Origin: Proteromonas lacertae | Taxonomy: Eukaryota | Direction of reading: 5' to 3' | Assembly (NCBI GenBank): GCA_002245135.1 | Contig: NGBS01001184.1 | Span: 62,001 to 105,786 of the forward strand | Length of the DNA: 43,786 nt | Shown here: piece after piece, positions 38,405 to 43,786 of the stretch | Layout of the letters: each line of letters opens with the position of its first letter | Numbering within the stretch: the stretch's first letter is position 1 | The notes under the pieces: generated by a model | The model's database searches: none | What the model was told of the DNA's origin: nothing | The model's input: only the letters and a program-made list of their open reading frames with translations | Program-made: the position numbers and the translations under genes

Positions 38405-38749
38405 ATGTCAAGAATTTGGATCGAGAATGTTAATATAGAAGATAGAAGTAAGCGTGAAGATGAAGAATTTGAAAGAATCTATGCAATCATTGAAAGTGAA
38501 GTAGCTAGAATAGTAGCTCAACCATCACCTCCAGTAGTAATGTGGTATACATCTGATACAGCTGATGAGGATGATAGAAAGTATGAAGAATGGCGTGCAA
38601 TTCATAAACCAACTAGAGTAGCACAAGCAACCATACGCCCTAGAAAATGGGTTGATCCTGAAGAAGAGCGCAGAAAAACAAAGATGTTAAAGCGTTATGG
38701 CATTGATGAAAAAAACATCATTGAAGAAAGACTAAGATTTCATAACTAA
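38405..38749 (+). CDS. Orphan intronless protein (114 aa) with C-terminal CHZ-like motif
   Basis: ATG 38405 MSRIWIENV...; ends KRYGIDEKNIIEERLRFHN. Confidence 0.7.
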   Translation: MSRIWIENVNIEDRSKREDEEFERIYAIIESEVARIVAQPSPPVVMWYTSDTADEDDRKYEEWRAIHKPTRVAQATIRPRKWVDPEEERRKTKMLKRYGIDEKNIIEERLRFHN

Positions 38750-38874
38750 TTCTTAAATCATTGGTTTTAATTGAATTTTGTTTTTGATTGGCTGAATTGA
38801 AATAAACATAATATTACATAATTCTTTTCATTCGTAAATTTCTTGCGATTTTTGAAATAATTTACAAAAATAAA

Positions 38875-39435
38875 ATGAGTGATTTACAAAATGAACTCGA
38901 TGCTAGTATTGAAAAACAAGATGAAATGCCTGATGTAAAATCATTAATTATTAAAGTATTTAAGGATATGCTGGATGGTATGTATTCTGTGATTGAAGAG
39001 TATGAAGATGATCCAGAATGGAGTGAACAACCAGGTGATGATATTGATATAACAATGGAAGAAGAAGAAGTGAAGGAAGAAAAACAAAGTGAATCTAAAC
39101 CTAAAAAAAGAAAGGATATAACAAAGTCAGATTCAGATTCACAAGTATGTAGTACTTGTGGTAAGAAGAAAGCTAATGATGAATTTGGTTATAAGAGTGA
39201 AGGTGTATTCTATAAATCTTGTACAGAGTGTAGAAATAAGAAGAAGAGAAGATATGAAGAAGTAAAGAAAGGAAGTGATAATAGTGGAGAAGATAAGAAG
39301 CGTAAAGTAGAGAGTAGTTCTACCGCCGAGGGTCGACCAAAGGTAGATATTGCTAAAGTAGAAACACCTACAAGTTCTATCCCGGGGGTAGCTACAGTAG
39401 ATCTAACTACATCACCTACTTGTATAATTAATTAA
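38875..39435 (+). CDS. Acidic protein with CxxC-x19-CxxC zinc ribbon
   Basis: VCSTCGKKKANDEFGYKSEGVFYKSCTECRNKKKRR; intronless; AAAATG start context. Confidence 0.8.
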   Translation: MSDLQNELDASIEKQDEMPDVKSLIIKVFKDMLDGMYSVIEEYEDDPEWSEQPGDDIDITMEEEEVKEEKQSESKPKKRKDITKSDSDSQVCSTCGKKKANDEFGYKSEGVFYKSCTECRNKKKRRYEEVKKGSDNSGEDKKRKVESSSTAEGRPKVDIAKVETPTSSIPGVATVDLTTSPTCIIN

Positions 39436-39499
39436 CTTTTGGTTTAAAATTCATTTTTATATTTCTATGCGTTTTTATATATAAATAATTTCACATAAT

Positions 39500-39883
39500 A
39501 TGCCATATAATTCATCTTTAGTTATGTTAGGTGATATGAAAGATACTTTAAATGGTTTGAAACAAGAACTGTATATTTTATTAGGTTGTGTAGTTCTATG
39601 GGTTCTTTATAAATGCAAGAGAATATGTGTATGGTGTTATCATAAAGCCTGTCCTCCAGAATTAAGTGAAATATTAGCTGAGCCAGAACCTGCTGTTCAA
39701 TTAGCATTAAGAAAATCTACTATTGTTTCTGCTATTCCATTTACTTTAACACCTGAAAATAGTAGAATAAATTCTAGAAATGTTAGTGATAATGAAGATG
39801 AAGAGCAATTAGAAACAGAAATAGAAATTATTCCTATTAATAAACCTGAGATTGAAATTCAAAAACCAATCATTAATATTTAA
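39500..39883 (+). CDS. Small single-pass membrane protein
   Basis: Hydrophobic LYILLGCVVLWVLY followed by the Cys/basic segment KCKRICVWCYHKAC and an acidic tail. Confidence 0.7.
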   Translation: MPYNSSLVMLGDMKDTLNGLKQELYILLGCVVLWVLYKCKRICVWCYHKACPPELSEILAEPEPAVQLALRKSTIVSAIPFTLTPENSRINSRNVSDNEDEEQLETEIEIIPINKPEIEIQKPIINI

Positions 39884-40063
39884 TTTTATATATAGTCTTT
39901 TTTCGTATTTGATTTTGAAAGTTATTTTTTGTACCCCCTTAAAAAATTACATAAAGAAAAACCGTTTTTTTTCATTCACACTTTTCTTACTCATTTTCAG
40001 TATTATATTTTTTTCATTTTTTTACTTTAATAGAAAATTAATTATTCAATCATTCAATCAAAA

Positions 40064-41237
40064 ATGCCAGCAGACAGAGTCAAACAACCAACCAATTCAG
40101 AATTATGCTCCCAGCTTCCATTAAAGGGACAGGCTTATGAGTTCTATCAGAAAGTGAGTCGTAACATCCAGCCATTTAAAGACATTTTGCGATGAAATGT
40201 ATATTCAAAGTTTGGCTTATGATGACAGCAAAAAATCAAAGAAGAAGCAAAGTCCACCACAATTCAACTATATCGAATTAGAGAAGTCAGCTACAGCAGT
40301 TTATTATTGCTTTTCATGTAAGTTTGATAATCAGAAGTTAATTCCCATTAAACATCTAGAGACATTAGATCAAAATGAGTATATGAATTTATACTTTAGT
40401 GACGATGAGATGAAGAGTATAGTAAAACCAAATGTAAAACAGATTAAACCTTTTATTCAACCTCAGTTAAAACAACAACAACAACCACAACAAGAACCAC
40501 CACCACCAACTGTACCTCAAAAACCTAAAAGAGTTTATAAAAGAAGAACTGATACTGTAAAGAAACCTAAAACAAAAGCAGTTATTGATAGTGATGATGA
40601 ATTAATTCATTTAAAGAAAAGAAAGATTGTTAAGGATTCTGATTTTGTTGACGAACCAGTGGGTATAATTGTGAAAGATACTGAATCAAGAACATCTGCT
40701 GATGATTTATTAAGTAGCCAAAGTCCTACCTTTACACCTCCAATGTCACCAAGGTCTGATACTACACTTCTTGATGTTACTGATATTGATATTCTGGATG
40801 CTGAATTAAAATATTTTAATGCTGAAATAACTAAAAAAGATGAAGAAAAACAAAAAGAGATAGAAGAGAAAATTAAACATCAAGATGCAGAGAGAAAGAA
40901 ACAAGAAGATGAAGAAAAAAAGAAAAAACAACAAGAAGAAGAAAGAGTTAGAAAAGTACAAGAAGAAGCAGAGAGAAAAAGAAAACAAGAAGAAGCAGAA
41001 AAGAAAAGAAAAGAAGAATTAGTTGTTATTAGAATGCTTCAAGAAGAAGAGAATATGAGACAACAAGAAGAGTTAAGAAAGAAATGGGTATTAGAACAAA
41101 AGAGACAAATGGAAGAAAAGATGAAAAAAGAAAACGATGAATTAGAAAAGAAGATGGAAGAAGAGTTTAAGAAGAGAATTGAAGAAGAGAAAAGAAAGAA
41201 AGCTGAAGAGTTTGAGAAGATAATGAAGAACTTATAA
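40064..41237 (+). CDS. Orphan protein with Q/P-rich linker and long E/K/R charged helix; 1-bp frameshift near 40175-40180
   Basis: ATG 40064 MPADRVKQ... joins ORF 40197-41237 if one A of TTTAAAG is removed (PFKTFCDEMYIQ...). Confidence 0.7.
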
Positions 41238-41388
41238 GTATTAATATATACTTTAAATTTGTCTGGTTTATGCTTTAATCCATATACTTGAAAAAGCAAT
41301 TTGAATTCATTACTTTGATAAAAATTGGTGTTTGTTTAATATGTAAAAAATAACATAAATAAAAAACATAAAAAATTATACGAAATCA

Positions 41389-42536
41389 TTAAATAGGCGA
41401 ATTTTTCTTATATACTCTACCATATCTACTTTTTCTACCTTCTGGTGCTGGTTGAATATCTGGTTCTATAGGTTGTGCTTCATTATTTATACTATGAATT
41501 TGTCTTAATCTAAACTTGCCATTTGTTGTAATACTATTAACTGGTACTCTTTTTATTTCATGTGATTTGAATCTATATGAACCTATATCTCTAGGATTGA
41601 ATTCTTTAGGTATTGTTCCATCCAAGTTCTTAACAGAATATGAAAACGGTCCAACTTTGTGTATTTGGTATACTTTATCAGTATAATAAGTAGTTTTTTG
41701 AAGTTTGTTATCTCTACGTTCTTTTATTCTGACAAAATCATCAGCTTTAAAATGAGTATCACTTTTACGCTTCTTTAAGTTTCTAGCATGGGATTCTTTA
41801 TACAATCTATCTTGGACTTCAAAATCATTGAATACTTCATTTGGAGTTAGATTATTGAGTGCAGAATGTGGTTTTGCATTGTAATCATCTACAACAGTAT
41901 ATACTATATTACACAATGATTCAATATTGTTAATTTTGTCAAATTCTTCATCAGAAAATGTATTAATTTTTCTATAAAACATAACTTTAATAGTTCTCAA
42001 ACATCGATCCAATATTTTCATTATATTATGTTCATTACGTTCTTTAAGTATAAATCGTATATGATTTTTATTAAACAAATCTAAAAATTTCTTACCATAG
42101 ATAATACCAGACTCTTCATCTGATAAAATACTTCCTACAAAACGAGCGTTTTCATCCTTAGGTTGCATACCCTGATAAAACCATTTTTCAAACACTGGAT
42201 ACACATCATTTTCTGATTTAGATTTAACATAATATATCCAACACTTACGACTAACAACTTCTATAATTAACAAAAATGGAACTTTTGTATTGTTGAAAAA
42301 CACCAAATCTATTTGATATGACCCAGGTAACTTTTCAATTTCATATTTAATTCTATTCCTTTTAGTTGCAGTGATTTGATAATCTGGTTTAGACTCTACA
42401 AGTTCACTACTAGCTTTTTTAATGTCAGATTTTTAAAGTTATTCTCAAGTTCATTTACAGAGAAATTAATAAAGTCTCGTTTGTTTAAATAACCATATGT
42501 TTTGTATAACTCATTTATTTTATCTTGTAGTGACAT
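41389..42536 (-). CDS. Retroviral-like (rve) integrase of Polinton/Maverick/virophage type; 1-bp frameshift at 42430-42434
   Basis: GSYQIDLVFF...LLIIEVVSRKCW...ILSDEES...ILDRCLRTIK...YNAKPHSALNNLTPNEV...FKADDFVRI. The N-terminus MSLQDKINELYKTYG from ATG 42536 joins the frame by adding one base to the T5 run. Confidence 0.9.
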
Positions 42537-42603
42537 TCAAACAATAAATATAAAAAATATGAATGATATATATTTAAAGAATTAATGAATTAAAATAATT
42601 AAA

Positions 42604-43381
42604 TCATTCTTCTACCTCTCCCAAATCCTTATCACTTAAAGTGTTACCACCATTACCAAAGTTAATAGACTTAGCAGCACTAATAAAAACCATTACTAAT
42701 TACTTTCTTAGCAGGGAATGGTCTACGAGTACTAATTAAATCACTATCTTCTATCTTAGTTCTCTTAATTCTTGGAGGTGAAACAAATTTGTTTTGATTA
42801 GCTTGTTCTTTCTTAATTTTCTTCTCATTACTTCTTCTAATAGTTGTAGCTAAATCAGGATTTTCATCATAACCAACAATATCACTACAAACTCTATGAT
42901 TAACAAAGTTTTGAGTACCATTACTCTTAATAGAGATTTGATTATCAACAACACTTACAGCAATTTTACTACCAACATCAACATCAGATGGAACTCTATA
43001 GTTACTATTATCCCATATCATAATAGAATTGAAATTGTGGAAGTATTTAATACCATGTTGAGGTTCTCTACATCCTACACTAATCAAATATCCACGAATG
43101 ATTTTTTCTATAAAGTCATTCTCATTTCTATCATAAATTTGTTTCAATACATATTTCACTTCATCAGCTGAATATGTTTCAAAATCTCTTCCATTATTAA
43201 TTACAACTTTATGATCCAAATCATGAACAAAAGTAATCAATACATATTGACTGGTTTTAGTAGGCTTAACTGTAATACTCTCAACAGTTCCTTTAATAAT
43301 CCACTTGTTACATAACTTTGGATTCTTGTAGTAATCACTGAATTCTACATCAGTAGCTTCATAGGGTGTTTCGTTACTCAT
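42604..43381 (-). CDS. Orphan beta-rich protein, possibly OB-fold ssDNA-binding, with acidic tail after a 1-bp frameshift
   Basis: WIIKGTVESITVKPTKTSQYVLITF beta pattern. The ORF stops at 42680, but removing one base of the A5 run at ~42685-42689 extends it with ISAAKSINFGNGGNTLSDKDLGEVEE to TGA 42604. Confidence 0.6.
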
Positions 43382-43466
43382 TTTATATAAGGGAGAGATG
43401 AAAATAAAAAATGATTAAAAAATGTCAAGAAAAATGAAAATGAAAATTTCTTTTTATTTTTAAAGT

Positions 43467-43496
43467 CGACCAATCAAATCATCCGACCAATCAAAT
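43467..43496 (+). promoter_or_regulatory. Tandem CCAAT-box 13-mers between divergent element genes
   Basis: CGACCAATCAAAT at 43467-43479 and 43484-43496; the reverse-complement core TTTGATTGG also occurs at ~38782-38790, upstream of ORF 38875. Confidence 0.6.
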
Positions 43497-43541
43497 TTCA
43501 TATTTCCATTTTTGATTTATTTCTCGAATTCTGTCTATATA

Positions 43542-43786
43542 ATGAGCAAACATAAAAAGCTTTTAAAAGGCATTTTTTAAACTTCTAGAACAAACTTTTA
43601 ATAAAAATAAACATCATAAGCATAAGCATCACCATCATCATAAACATAAACATACAGATGAACCACCACCACCTCTACCTACACCACCAGAAGAAGCTCC
43701 AAAACGAAAATTAGCGCCATTATTAGTACAGATGCTATTCAAAATAAAAAAAGATACAATAATGATATACCAATAAATCAGTGATA
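43542..43786 (+). pseudogene. Disrupted or mis-sequenced start of a His-rich/Pro-rich ORF at the window end
   Basis: ATG 43542; stops within T-runs at 43578 and 43599; then KHHKHKHHHHKHKHTDEPPPPLPTPPEEAPKRK. Confidence 0.5.

Larger units (their letters stand above)
38080..43786. mobile_element. Probable endogenous Polinton/Maverick/virophage-like element (partial; left boundary approximate, right end outside window)
   Basis: Abrupt switch to compact intronless orphan ORFs, plus an rve integrase of Polinton type with no gag/RT/LTR nearby. No capsid, pPolB or packaging ATPase is visible in the window. Confidence 0.65.

Noticed and set aside
7480..41299. Many short antisense or overlapping ORFs in the track (e.g. 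7480, 9350, 9385, 10004, 17459, 18094, 19141, 27820, 29839, 30784, 32774, 40806, 41039)
   Set aside because: They are shadow frames of low-complexity or AT-rich coding sequence on the other strand or frame, with no motifs of their own.
41389..42536. LTR retrotransposon pol remnant
   Set aside because: There is no adjacent RT, RNase H, protease, gag or LTR, and the integrase has its own start codon and Polinton-like motifs.

Overview
AT-rich nuclear DNA from a compact eukaryotic genome, with GT-AG introns mostly ~26-35 nt and 60-110 bp gaps between head-to-head genes. The style and gene content suggest a Blastocystis/Proteromonas-like stramenopile (inference). Family assignments are by motif recognition, not database searches. 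(1) 1-5619 is a near-perfect 198-bp tandem array of ~28.4 copies. It is protein-coding on the minus strand, each unit being one 66-aa Tudor/Agenet-like domain, and belongs to a spliced gene starting at 6132 that runs off the left edge. The ORF track misses it because the frame has no start codon. (2) 6238-35765 holds densely packed intron-rich host genes: an axonemal-dynein-light-chain-domain giant protein, a RING/coiled-coil protein, RER1, glucosidase II beta, a GCK/Mia40-like mitochondrial protein, a complex I NUXM/21-kDa subunit, HOP2, DPM3, RPS17, a divergent Sec23, PP2C, a RAMA-domain protein, AP-4 epsilon and a pseudokinase-LRR protein. (3) 35846-43786 is a mobile-DNA zone. It contains a complete but defective hAT transposon (TIRs plus 8-bp TSD ATTAAATC), a second hAT remnant, and then an intronless block of orphan genes with a Polinton/Maverick/virophage-type DD(36)D integrase, probably one end of an endogenous virus-like element continuing past the right edge. 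Several single-base frameshifts at homopolymer runs may be assembly errors.
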